Of a DNA stretch of 38,580 nucleotides, positions 17,002 to 27,400 are shown one piece after another (positions within the stretch are counted from its first letter, which is position 1; every line of letters starts with the position of its first letter). The stretch comes from a virus (taxonomy: Duplodnaviria; Caudoviricetes): positions 1 to 38,580 of the IMG/VR virus record IMGVR_UViG_3300047546_000907; one strand, written 5' to 3'. The notes under the pieces were generated by a model. That model searched no databases. It had not been told where the DNA came from and saw nothing but the letters and a program-made list of their open reading frames with translations. The position numbers and the translations under genes were made by a program.

Positions 17002-17444
17002 TAGTTCGGAATACCAATAACTATTAGATTTACCCCAACAGTTAAGTTTCCGCTAGTATTAAAACGAACCACACCCTCTACTCTAGAAGTATTAACTGTT
17101 TTTAATACTACAGATACATTTCCACCTGCTGGTGTACCGCCAACATTTATAGGTGTCGCTGTACAAATTGGTGCATATTTAAAGTCTGCTGGAAAATCAT
17201 AAGAAAATGATTTTTCGTTTCCGCTATTTACAGTTGTGTCTGAATAAATATTTACATATCCACCAATAATTCTTGCCTCTGATGCCTTAACGCTTTGCTT
17301 ACCTGCATTAACAGTGTCAACCGTTACATATTTATAGGTAGATGGTGAAATCTGACTAGCAAGATCATTTACGGCATTAGCAATTTGATAGATGTAAGTT
17401 ACATCCATCGGTTGACCTCGTTCTGGTAATGGTATTTTTGACAT
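17001..17444 (-). CDS. Minor tail/virion protein with an H-type lectin/gp53-like C-terminal domain
   Basis: FSYDFPADFKYAPICTAT...VNLIVIG pattern seen at phage fibre termini. AAGGAG SD. Confidence 0.55.
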   Translation of the reverse strand: MSKIPLPERGQPMDVTYIYQIANAVNDLASQISPSTYKYVTVDTVNAGKQSVKASEARIIGGYVNIYSDTTVNSGNEKSFSYDFPADFKYAPICTATPINVGGTPAGGNVSVVLKTVNTSRVEGVVRFNTSGNLTVGVNLIVIGIPN

Positions 17445-17460
17445 AGTATCTCCTTATCCA

Positions 17461-17469
17461 ATTATACCA
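17461..17469 (-). promoter_or_regulatory. Extended -10 promoter TGG-TATAAT
   Basis: Overlaps the upstream stop codon and precedes the SD of 17001..17444. Confidence 0.55.
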
Positions 17470-17890
17470 AAGGCTCGGTGCCCTCGTATATTGTTAATTT
17501 TGTGTTTCTTTCTTTGATAATTCCTTCAAATTGAACTGCTACGCTTACATTATTTGCCGTTTCTTTTAAAAATGAAAAACTATGTACATATGATGTACCA
17601 GCATACTTATATTGTCCATTATCAAATTTAACAAAAACATCATAGGCATCTTTATTTACATTATTATCTGAATCACTCCATACAACATTTATAGTTTTAG
17701 ATCCAACTTCAATAACTCCAGTAACTGTGGTTGGAGTTTTTTCAGTTAAATTGTATTGTGGAGACCAATGTGACATCCTATTTCTATCTTCAGAAATAAT
17801 TCGATATCTTAAAATAACATTATTATCCTTACCAAGTGGTGGCAAGTCAGCAGACTTTATAATGACCTTTTTTATTCCTGCATCTGCCAC
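17462..17890 (-). CDS. Minor tail protein (FN3/Ig-like beta sandwich)
   Basis: RYRIISEDRNRMSHWSP, beta-rich; lies in the tail-tip module. Confidence 0.55.
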   Translation of the reverse strand: MADAGIKKVIIKSADLPPLGKDNNVILRYRIISEDRNRMSHWSPQYNLTEKTPTTVTGVIEVGSKTINVVWSDSDNNVNKDAYDVFVKFDNGQYKYAGTSYVHSFSFLKETANNVSVAVQFEGIIKERNTKLTIYEGTEPLV

Positions 17891-19047
17891 TATTGCACAT
17901 CCAAGGCAAATCTAAATTCTAAATAATTAGTTGTATTTTGTAACTTTACAATCGTCTCTGCATTTGTATTTTTAATGACAGAATATCCAGTCAAACCGTA
18001 TAGAGCATTTTCTGTTGAAACATTTTCAAGCCTCATTGCATCAAGACATACGAAGAAATTTTCTGATGGCTCATCATCTTTAATAACACATGAATAGATT
18101 TTTACAACATTAATAGCACTCCATGCAAATGGGTTTGTTTTAAATAATTCTTGTAACTGCTTTTTAACAACAACATATCTATTAGTAGAAAAATCATGTT
18201 CGTTTTCTCCAGTACCATTTGGCACATCAATTTCTAATTTTGCTGTTTGACTAGATGAAAGATTGGACCCACCATCATCTGAAGAAAATTCAATAATAAT
18301 GCGAACAGAGTCTGGAATTTCATTTGAATCTGCAATAGTATTTACAACACTAAAAGCAAATCGTAACTCGTCTGTTGGCGCATTTTTACTAAAATCTGCT
18401 ACTAATCCAGATTGATGAATATGATTTGCATCTCCAACAATAGATAATCTAGAAACATTATTAATTATTTCCTTTTGAATATTGCAGTGATTGCCCCTAA
18501 TGGCAACAATATTATTTAAAAACCTGCAGCGTTCATATCTTGCAACTCTATTTGTATCATTAAATACTCTATTGTTGGCATTTGTTTGTAAAACATTTAA
18601 ATCTGTAACAATGTTATTGCTATCTTCTGAACCATTTAATGGTGTGTATATTGATGGAATAGATGTTGCCTGTTCTTCTCCAGAAAGATGCTCTTCCCAG
18701 TTTTCCTCTGGAGAATAAGCAAATAATGTTTTACTATCATAGGCTCCTGCGGTATTGTTAGATCCTGCAGAATAAATTCCTACTTCAGATAATTCGTATC
18801 TTTCTTCACTAGGTAATTCGGCAGTAAATACAATTTTAGAAATACCGTTCTCAGTTACGAAACCACGAGAAGAAATTGGTACACGAAACATTTCAAAATC
18901 TAGGTTTGTCTTATTTGAATAATCTGCAAAATTATCGCCAGTATCTAAAGGGGTTGGTCCACAGCCAACAGCAATATAAGATGCATAGGCTGGAGCCTGG
19001 CCAATAAGATATTTGGCTAAAATTCTCTTCCCAGTATTAGTAATCAT
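17890..19047 (-). CDS. Minor tail/baseplate protein
   Basis: N-terminal MITNTGKRILAKYL...YIAVGCG...LSEVGIY, a tail-collar/baseplate-type motif. Confidence 0.7.
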   Translation of the reverse strand: MITNTGKRILAKYLIGQAPAYASYIAVGCGPTPLDTGDNFADYSNKTNLDFEMFRVPISSRGFVTENGISKIVFTAELPSEERYELSEVGIYSAGSNNTAGAYDSKTLFAYSPEENWEEHLSGEEQATSIPSIYTPLNGSEDSNNIVTDLNVLQTNANNRVFNDTNRVARYERCRFLNNIVAIRGNHCNIQKEIINNVSRLSIVGDANHIHQSGLVADFSKNAPTDELRFAFSVVNTIADSNEIPDSVRIIIEFSSDDGGSNLSSSQTAKLEIDVPNGTGENEHDFSTNRYVVVKKQLQELFKTNPFAWSAINVVKIYSCVIKDDEPSENFFVCLDAMRLENVSTENALYGLTGYSVIKNTNAETIVKLQNTTNYLEFRFALDVQ

Positions 19048-19538
19048 TAATTATTCACCTCATATATTGTATCATTAAGTAGGTTCCCAGCGTTTAGCAT
19101 TTGAACCTCTACTTGCTCATCATCTTCTAGATTAATAACATTAATAATGATATCGCCAGTATCTGGATCGATATAGACAATTTCCCCATTAGGTCCAGTA
19201 CCAACATCTGGCACTTTATTTTCAAACTTTATTGGAAAATTCTTAAAAAATGTATTTGCAGTATTTTGTAATGACAAAACGTTTTGTGGATTATATTGCA
19301 AATAAATGCTTGTTAGATTTTTAATTGGCTGATAGGATACTAGTTGACCTGCAACAATATCATTTCTTGCTATATTGATAATTTCCTCAGCACCTATGTC
19401 TTCAAACAAAAGGTCTGTCATTACCTCTACTGGTACGACTTCTTCTGTTGTAATAATTAGATCAGGCGTTGCTACCTTGATTCCCGACGTTGATGTTGAT
19501 GGAACAATTGTTGGCAAATTGGGGGTTGCTTCTACCAT
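19047..19538 (-). CDS. Hypothetical tail-module protein
   Basis: 163-aa acidic ORF coupled between tail-tip genes. Confidence 0.65.
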   Translation of the reverse strand: MVEATPNLPTIVPSTSTSGIKVATPDLIITTEEVVPVEVMTDLLFEDIGAEEIINIARNDIVAGQLVSYQPIKNLTSIYLQYNPQNVLSLQNTANTFFKNFPIKFENKVPDVGTGPNGEIVYIDPDTGDIIINVINLEDDEQVEVQMLNAGNLLNDTIYEVNN

Positions 19539-22500
19539 TATATTACCTCGCTTAAAAATACTGTCATATTTGGACCATTACCATCTTTACTATACTCAAT
19601 ATTATATACTACAAATCGGTCTGTATCTGAAACTAAAATATCTACATCTTCTTGTTTAAATTTAATATTAACAATGTCTCCAAGTTGCAATGTTGGCATT
19701 GAAAAAATTTTAAGACCAATAGATTTTCGTGGCTTAGAGATTTTTGAAATAATCCATTCCATCATATTTTGTGCATCATCGTACGACTGTATGTATGGTG
19801 CGTTCAATGAAAAATCTTTTTTGCCATGAGTTAACCTACTTATTTTAATGTCTTCATAAAGTTTATTAACTTTAAATGGAGAAGATATTAAATTAGTTCC
19901 CTTAAATTGTGGATTGGAAAAATTAGAGTTTTTAGTAAAATACTCATCCACAGTATAATCATTTTGAGACTGTTGTGTAAATGTTACACCCTGAATTCTC
20001 AAATAGTTTCCACTACCGCTATCTAAACTTAAAGCCTTATCTGTTGCATTGAATACCATAAATTCTGCTGCATATGATCCTGCTCTAAAGCCAGAGACGG
20101 TATATCCTTTAATGTTATTAAATGTTGGTGACAATTTTGCATAAAGTGCAGGAAAGGCTTTATCATATTTTACATTAAAATAATGAGCCTCTCTCATAAT
20201 AGTACCAAATTCATCAAAGTACATTTTATATGCAGGTGGTTCTGCTGGATTAATTCCAGATAGATATGTGCCCTGAATCACACCGCTCATCGCATACTTT
20301 CTAAAGGCCTCATTGGTATTAATTTCACTATCAGAATATATGTTATTAATAGGAAGATCTAGGGCATAAGATGTATTTTGACTATAGTTATTTGTTAATG
20401 CATAAATATTTTCAAACATTACCCTGGAAGATCCACGCAAAAAGAGTGCCATGTTATTGTACTTAGGTAGTGGATCTGTATCGTCTACTGTGGCAATAAG
20501 TCTGTTATTAATATACAAGAAAAACCTTCTTGTATTACCTATATCTAAATATTCTACACCAAGATCATATACTGTTTGTTTGTCTTGTCCAGAAATTCTA
20601 TATTGACCAACAAGTGTTCCTGAATCTACCAAAACTTCTGCAAGTCCAGACCATAATTTAATTGGAACTGCTAATTCACCAGATGCATCTTTTTTAATTT
20701 TATAAAAAATAACATTGCTTACGCCAGATTCCTGATCGCTATATGCTTCTATATTATTTGCTGTAAGTGCTGCTAATTCAAAATAATATCCATTATTTGT
20801 GTTTGGATTAACCATAACTGCCAAACCACCAGAAGATCCACCAATCTGTAAATTATTTTGTGGGGTGGTTCCTGTAACAGTATAATATATACCAGTTCCT
20901 ATTGGTGTCTGACCACGACTTTCACTATTTTCAATTTTACCAATAATACGCATACGTGTACCAAAATGCTTAAATCTATCATTCAATGGTTTATAAACAT
21001 AAGAAATATAATCTAATGGTCTGTCTGCTGTTGCAAAAGAAGGACCATTCATTACCAATGCAGATGACTGAACAGTGCCAGTATCTGTACTCTTTTTGCT
21101 ATTAACTTCTGTTTCTGTTAAATATCTACTTGACAAAAAGTTTCTAATAATTCCATTTCTTGTAGTGTTATTGGCAAGTGTTTGTCTCATGCCTGCGACA
21201 CCCTCAACTGTTGCAGGCAATACCTTATCTGCAAACAAGTAGTCTGCATTCATTTGACATGCACGAACATAAGTATTATCTGACCAATTAGATGCTAATC
21301 CTGCGTTATGTGAAACTATGGGTGTTCCAAATTGTCCTCTACCATGTTTTGCAACGGCACCATTTTTGAGCATAAGGACTCCGCCAACTTCTTCATAATT
21401 TGGTTCGCTATAAATTCTGATTAATCCAGTTGGATAGATTTTTCCATTAAAAGGTAATTTAGAAAAATAGTTTTGATACTCTTGTGTACTTGTAATCCAA
21501 ACATTTCCAAATCCAGAAATATTAAATTGTGCAGCATCAAATTTTATAATTTCACCATTGGCATAGAAATATCCATTGTATCTAGTTAACCAGGAAATGC
21601 CCTCACCAAAGTCCATGGTATTATTTACAACCATTCTATTTACCACTGTTGGTATGGTACTTGAAAGATCTGTATTTAATGGAATAGCAGCAAGGGCAAA
21701 GTTGGACATATTTGTAACATTTTGATTAACAGACTTGATTGTTTCTGTACCCGTGGCTTCCCATAACAACGCAGGCTGATAAATCCAGGTCTTATCTTGA
21801 TCCACCATGCTTGCCTGCTTAATTGAGCCATACTGTCTTTGTATATGCTTTGTATTATATGTAATTCTTCCATCATTAATAATTGCATTATCTTGAGAAG
21901 CAACTTCAATAATGTTAGCCAGTTTTGTTGATGTTGGTTTATTTTTATAAACACCAGTTTTTTCAAAATCTTGTGTACCATATAGTGTCATGTCAATGCC
22001 TCTTTGTGTTTCAGAAGGCATAATATAATTTTTTGACATCATTACAAAATTGTTATATTCATCAAAGAACATTGCTGTTTGTGTTGAAACGGCTAAATCA
22101 TTTAAAATTTCTGCCACAGTTTTATCTGGTGGAATATAGAAAAATGGAATAATGGAATTTGCTTCATTGTTAATAAATTTAAAAACATAGTTAGAAAAAC
22201 CAACTGAGTCCAATAGCAAAGAAACAGCATATGTTAATGACGCATCTTGGATCAACATTTGAGGAGCAGTAATTGATTCAAAATAAAAATATAAATCTCT
22301 CAGTGTTATATCAACCTGTCTTGTATTTGCATTAATAGCAGGAAAGCCTTCAGAGTACATTGTCTTGATTGGAATATAGTAATCATATCCGTCAACATTT
22401 ACAATAATCTCATAAAACTTAATTTGAAGATGTCTTGATGTATACTTTGCAATAATGCTATTTGGATTATTAATATTAAAAGAATTATTATAATCGAATA

Positions 22501-23818
22501 GTTGTAGCATACCAGTCGAGGCTAATAGTTGTCCAACAGGTAATGCTGAGCCAGATAGATCAGATGCCGATTTTGTTATTGAATAATTTGTTGTCAAATC
22601 AGAAATATTGGCTGATAGTCTTGGCGAAAGTTCAATAAGATCAAATGTTGAGTTAGCCTTATTCATGGTTTCTACTACTATTCTGATACCCTGAATATAC
22701 TCAAACTGTCTATACTTATTAGATGCTGTCATAGGATCATTAAAGTAATCTGGATTTGATAAGTCTGTTACAAAATTGGTTAATCTATCTACCGTTTCTT
22801 CTTGTAGGTACCATCCGTATGTTGGCACAAAAGTTTCATAGTCTTCTCCAGTCCAGATGTGAAATGTTCCAATATCCTGCTGGCTATTTTTAATTAAGTA
22901 GGCATATCCAACAACAGACTTTTCTGGTAAAAAGGTAATTGTATTATAGTCTTCTGCATAAATAAAAATATCCTTATATTTGTCTGGAATAATTAATCCA
23001 TATGCAAGTTCAACATAACCATCAGACTTAATAATCTTAGTTCCATCTTTTCTAACAGATGCTTTGTCAAAACGTATTGCATCGACCCAATTATTATTTT
23101 TTAAAAACTGTACCTTCCATTTTTGTGGAGTCGTTTGGTTAGCATCTCCATATAGTGGATCGGAAAATGTTCCTGCACTTGTTGAAAAGGGACCAAGATC
23201 TGTTGATCCAACATTTGTTTGCATTTTGATAACTACTCTATTAGACGGTACCTGGTCTTTATAAACTACATATGGAGCAGTATCATCGATATAAAAATTT
23301 CCATTAATATTATTATTGGCAATACCACGTTCTACGCCACTCTCTGTACGAAAAGATGTCCAGTATTTAAAGGTATCATTCTTGTCTGCCATGTAATATC
23401 GTGGTCTGGTTGACATGTTCAAATTAGAATGATGGATATATTTACCATTTAAATAAACTGCTTTATTAATACCAGATCTAGGTCTAATGACTCCAAAACA
23501 ATCTTCCAGAGAATATAACAGTTTCATCTTGTCTTTTACTGATTTAAATACTTGTGGTTGATCATCATCATCGATACCTCCATCAACTGTAATATCTGAA
23601 TCAGTTGCATCAGTATAATGTTTGTTAATATCATTTTCATCAAATGACGGATTAATATTTTTATATAAAGAATCGGATTCTGTTGGTCTGTATCTATAAT
23701 TTCCAATTTGTAGAATATTTGTTGGAATGTTCATATTCCACTCAGCCACAATTGCTGACTGTGTGTTAATTGTAGAAGATGTTTCTAAATGATTTTGTAG
23801 ATCTGTATCCTGAAACAT
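19538..23818 (-). CDS. Large minor tail protein (baseplate hub/Tal-like)
   Basis: 1426 aa, second gene after the tape measure. Hub-type motifs LNDLAVSTQTAMFFDEYN and MPTLQLGDIV. Confidence 0.8.
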   Translation of the reverse strand: MFQDTDLQNHLETSSTINTQSAIVAEWNMNIPTNILQIGNYRYRPTESDSLYKNINPSFDENDINKHYTDATDSDITVDGGIDDDDQPQVFKSVKDKMKLLYSLEDCFGVIRPRSGINKAVYLNGKYIHHSNLNMSTRPRYYMADKNDTFKYWTSFRTESGVERGIANNNINGNFYIDDTAPYVVYKDQVPSNRVVIKMQTNVGSTDLGPFSTSAGTFSDPLYGDANQTTPQKWKVQFLKNNNWVDAIRFDKASVRKDGTKIIKSDGYVELAYGLIIPDKYKDIFIYAEDYNTITFLPEKSVVGYAYLIKNSQQDIGTFHIWTGEDYETFVPTYGWYLQEETVDRLTNFVTDLSNPDYFNDPMTASNKYRQFEYIQGIRIVVETMNKANSTFDLIELSPRLSANISDLTTNYSITKSASDLSGSALPVGQLLASTGMLQLFDYNNSFNINNPNSIIAKYTSRHLQIKFYEIIVNVDGYDYYIPIKTMYSEGFPAINANTRQVDITLRDLYFYFESITAPQMLIQDASLTYAVSLLLDSVGFSNYVFKFINNEANSIIPFFYIPPDKTVAEILNDLAVSTQTAMFFDEYNNFVMMSKNYIMPSETQRGIDMTLYGTQDFEKTGVYKNKPTSTKLANIIEVASQDNAIINDGRITYNTKHIQRQYGSIKQASMVDQDKTWIYQPALLWEATGTETIKSVNQNVTNMSNFALAAIPLNTDLSSTIPTVVNRMVVNNTMDFGEGISWLTRYNGYFYANGEIIKFDAAQFNISGFGNVWITSTQEYQNYFSKLPFNGKIYPTGLIRIYSEPNYEEVGGVLMLKNGAVAKHGRGQFGTPIVSHNAGLASNWSDNTYVRACQMNADYLFADKVLPATVEGVAGMRQTLANNTTRNGIIRNFLSSRYLTETEVNSKKSTDTGTVQSSALVMNGPSFATADRPLDYISYVYKPLNDRFKHFGTRMRIIGKIENSESRGQTPIGTGIYYTVTGTTPQNNLQIGGSSGGLAVMVNPNTNNGYYFELAALTANNIEAYSDQESGVSNVIFYKIKKDASGELAVPIKLWSGLAEVLVDSGTLVGQYRISGQDKQTVYDLGVEYLDIGNTRRFFLYINNRLIATVDDTDPLPKYNNMALFLRGSSRVMFENIYALTNNYSQNTSYALDLPINNIYSDSEINTNEAFRKYAMSGVIQGTYLSGINPAEPPAYKMYFDEFGTIMREAHYFNVKYDKAFPALYAKLSPTFNNIKGYTVSGFRAGSYAAEFMVFNATDKALSLDSGSGNYLRIQGVTFTQQSQNDYTVDEYFTKNSNFSNPQFKGTNLISSPFKVNKLYEDIKISRLTHGKKDFSLNAPYIQSYDDAQNMMEWIISKISKPRKSIGLKIFSMPTLQLGDIVNIKFKQEDVDILVSDTDRFVVYNIEYSKDGNGPNMTVFLSEVI

Positions 23819-24477
23819 TATACCTCTTCCAGAGTTACATTAATATTCCACATATCGTGACCAACAATGCCACCTTCTGATGATGTTCCAGTACCCCTTT
23901 TAGCAACATTGTACGAAAAGTTTGATATATAAACCTCAATCAATTCGTTATATTGATTAATATGTCCAAATGGTTCTTCAGCATTTTTAAAATTCTTATA
24001 GTTATCATATGCAAGAAACATCCAGAATGGACCAGTATGGTTATTGTACCAATCTAATAATTCTACTCCACCTGCTCCACCGTCAGCAGTATACTCGTAT
24101 TCGCTTTTATAATATGGAGATTTTCCCTGAGAATTAAATTCAGCATTCATATTATATGCTCTAGATGGTAACATGTCCCAAGACATTGAAATAGTCATCT
24201 TATCTGCTGTGTGGTATGACCTCATTCTGCCATTAATCATTCTTTCACGTGTTTCTATTCTTGTTGGTGAAAAATCTAATGGGGATCTGTTGTGATCTGA
24301 CAAAATAAGAAATTGATTATATAGTGTTGTGTCTGATGTACTACCAGTATATTGGCCTACCTCTAATCCATTTGGAACATATAGTCCATTGATAAGTGTG
24401 CCAGAGTTTTCCGACCATAAGACTGCCTGTGGTCTTTGGTATCTTTGTCTACCATTCATATAGGCTGCGGTGCTCAT
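23818..24477 (-). CDS. Distal tail (Dit-like) protein
   Basis: Immediately after the tape measure. RMINGRMRSY...SWDMLP...WNINVTLEEV. Confidence 0.75.
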   Translation of the reverse strand: MSTAAYMNGRQRYQRPQAVLWSENSGTLINGLYVPNGLEVGQYTGSTSDTTLYNQFLILSDHNRSPLDFSPTRIETRERMINGRMRSYHTADKMTISMSWDMLPSRAYNMNAEFNSQGKSPYYKSEYEYTADGGAGGVELLDWYNNHTGPFWMFLAYDNYKNFKNAEEPFGHINQYNELIEVYISNFSYNVAKRGTGTSSEGGIVGHDMWNINVTLEEV

Positions 24478-27400
24478 TATACTCTTTGCCCCCTAAGTTT
24501 TTGAGAATCAATTCTTCGTAGTTGTGCCATTACAGTTTGTGCAATATCCTCTGGTGAAGCATCAGACTGAGCATTTACTGTCAAGTTATAATTATACATG
24601 CTATCGCCAGTAGATTTTCCGTTATTAATTGCTCTCATTCTATCCAAACCAAAATTATTTACGGCATAACGACTCATAACAAATTCGCCAGGTGTTAACA
24701 TTGCTGGAACAGTATCTGTTCCCCGTGATAGCCCTCCTGATGCAAAATATTTAGGAACAAGTCCGCCACTTGACATATATCTTTCACCAGTACGGTAAGC
24801 AAGATATGCTTGTTGGCTTATTGCTTTTTGTGCTTCTGCTTTTGCCTTAGCATCTGCCTCAGCCTTTAATCTAGCAGCCTCTTGTGCTGCATATTGAAGT
24901 GCCTGCCCTGTATATCTTGCACTTGATAATGCACCTGCAGTACCGCCTAGTGCAGCAGTTGCTTTTGCATCACTTAATAATGCAGTAGCCATTTCGTTAG
25001 CAATTTGTGATGGTGTTTTTGTAACAGTTGTGCCGCTTTTAATTTCTTCAATCATCTTCTTACTTGCATCATTAACAGTTTTATTAACGGCATCAATGTT
25101 TCCTGGATTTTGGCTTCCGCCTCCTCCACCGCCACCGCCTCCGCCACCGCTTCCACCAGTTCCTGCCTTGAATGCTGCTTGGGCTGCTATTGCACCATTA
25201 ATTGCTGCTGTGACTGCATTCCAGGCTTGTTCAACAGATGTAACTCCTGATGCAACATCATCTAAATCAATAACCATCGTATCTAAATAATCATTTGTTG
25301 CATTAACTGCTTCTGTAATTAAATCCCATTCTGCTTTAGATCTTCCCTGTTTATCAACAATTGCATCTATAGCATTTTGCATATCAGTGTTAAATGTATT
25401 AATAACTTCATTCATTTTATCCAATTTATCTTGTTCGGCCTTGACCAAATCTTGTGCCTTTTTTAAAGTAGTTTGTTGGATAGTATAAATCTCATCTTCT
25501 TTATTTCTGACCATTTCCTGCAATTGTGTTCTAGTATAAAGAACACCATTGATATCAACCTGAATTTTTTCAATTTCTTTTTGTTGTTGAATTTCTAGTT
25601 GCTTCTTACGTTCTTGTAGGGCATCAATAGACGCTTGTGTGGAGTTCTCTGCAGCCTTTGCCTGCATATCTTGTGCAATTTGTGCAGCAGCAGAAATATC
25701 ACCTTGAGATAAAGCATCTGCAAGACTTGTTTTTTGCTTTTCTTGTTCAGCAAGTTTAGAATTAATATCTTTAACTTTATTTAGTGCTTCAATTTGTGAA
25801 TCAATTGCATCAGTTCGCTTCTTATAGGCTTCATTAATCTTATCTTCTTCTCTACCAATTAAATCAAGACCTCTATTCCAAAGGGCAATCTCTTCTTGTT
25901 TTGCATTGATTGATTCATTAATTGCATCTACTTCTTTTTGTTTTGCTTTAACGACATCTTCTTGTAATGCAATTTGCTTTTGATATTTTTCTGGAGTCAT
26001 TCCTTGTTTTTCAATAAAGTTTTGTCTTTGTTTTTGTTTAACAATAACTTCTTGATATTTAAAATATTGATTAACCTTATCTGCTTCAGTCTCTTGCTCT
26101 TGTTGTGCAGCAAATTTTGCAGCCTTTAAATCTTTAGCAAGTTGCTTGGTTGCTTCTGAACCTGCCTTAGCACCTTCAATAAATTGTTTAAAATCATTAG
26201 AGTTAATATCTTCTGCTGCTATATTAGCAGTTAGTGCAGCATTTTCTAAAACTGCCAAAATCTGAGTTGCAGATAATCCAGCCTTTTGTAATTTACCAAA
26301 TGCTGTGGCTTGTTCTTTTGTATTTATAACAATCTGTTGTTGCTGGTCAACAAATGTCATCAAAGAATTTTCTTTAGTAAACTGAAGAATTGCTTTTCCT
26401 AAATCTCCAAAAATAATCTTTCCATCTTTAAGTTTATAAATTCGATCTCCCAAAGTCTTCAGTGTTTCTGAATCAATGTTATTAATAATATCTATTGCTT
26501 CTTGAGTTGCTCCTGCACCACGTAGCAAATTGTCCATGCCCTTAAATCCAGTCATATCCTTACTTAATGCCTTAACAAAATCATTGTATGACCCTAGAGC
26601 ATTGATTGATTCTAGTTTAAACATTTTTAATTTTTTCATTAATTCATCTGTAAACAATGATTTACGAGCATTTGCTGTAGTATCTGTGGTAGTTTTTGTG
26701 CCATTAGTTTCTTTTGGATTTTGTAATACCTTTGCAGCCTCTTCTTGAGCCTTTTTAGCCTCAGCAATAGTTTTCTTCAGTGCTGCTTCGGTTAAACGCA
26801 AATTACTATTTGAGGTATCTGACTGTAATGCTCTTTGAACCTTTTTAAGTTCTGCCTCTGCTTGTTCTTGGGTCATCTTAGCAATGGCACCCTTACTTAA
26901 ATCTGATGTTTGGATAATTTTAATAGCAACAGAATACTCTTTACCAGAAATCTGTTCTAATATTTTAGGAATAAGAACAAGGTCCATCATTGTTAAACTT
27001 CCAGCAGCAAATCCCATCATTAAAGAGATTTGTGTATTTTTTGGTAATTTGGCTAAATCATCTTTAATTCTTTTTGCAAATTTTGGATTTGTTTTTTCTA
27101 ATGTAGAAAATACTTGTGTAGCAAGATCTGCTAGAGAGTCCTTAGCCAATTCACCACTACTATCAATTTTATCTAATGCTTTAATCAATTCAACTGTAGA
27201 TGAGCCAATGCCTGCAAAATTATTCCAAATTGCATCAAACTGTTTATTATAATCTTCTTGCTTAATTGTACCATCTGCATATTGCTGATTTAATATAGCC
27301 AAACTTTGTGTTTGTTGTTGAAATGCTAGATCTAGTTGCATTGATGCTAACTGAACCTTAGATTGCAAATCTTTATATATCTTAAGTGAATCAATTTCTA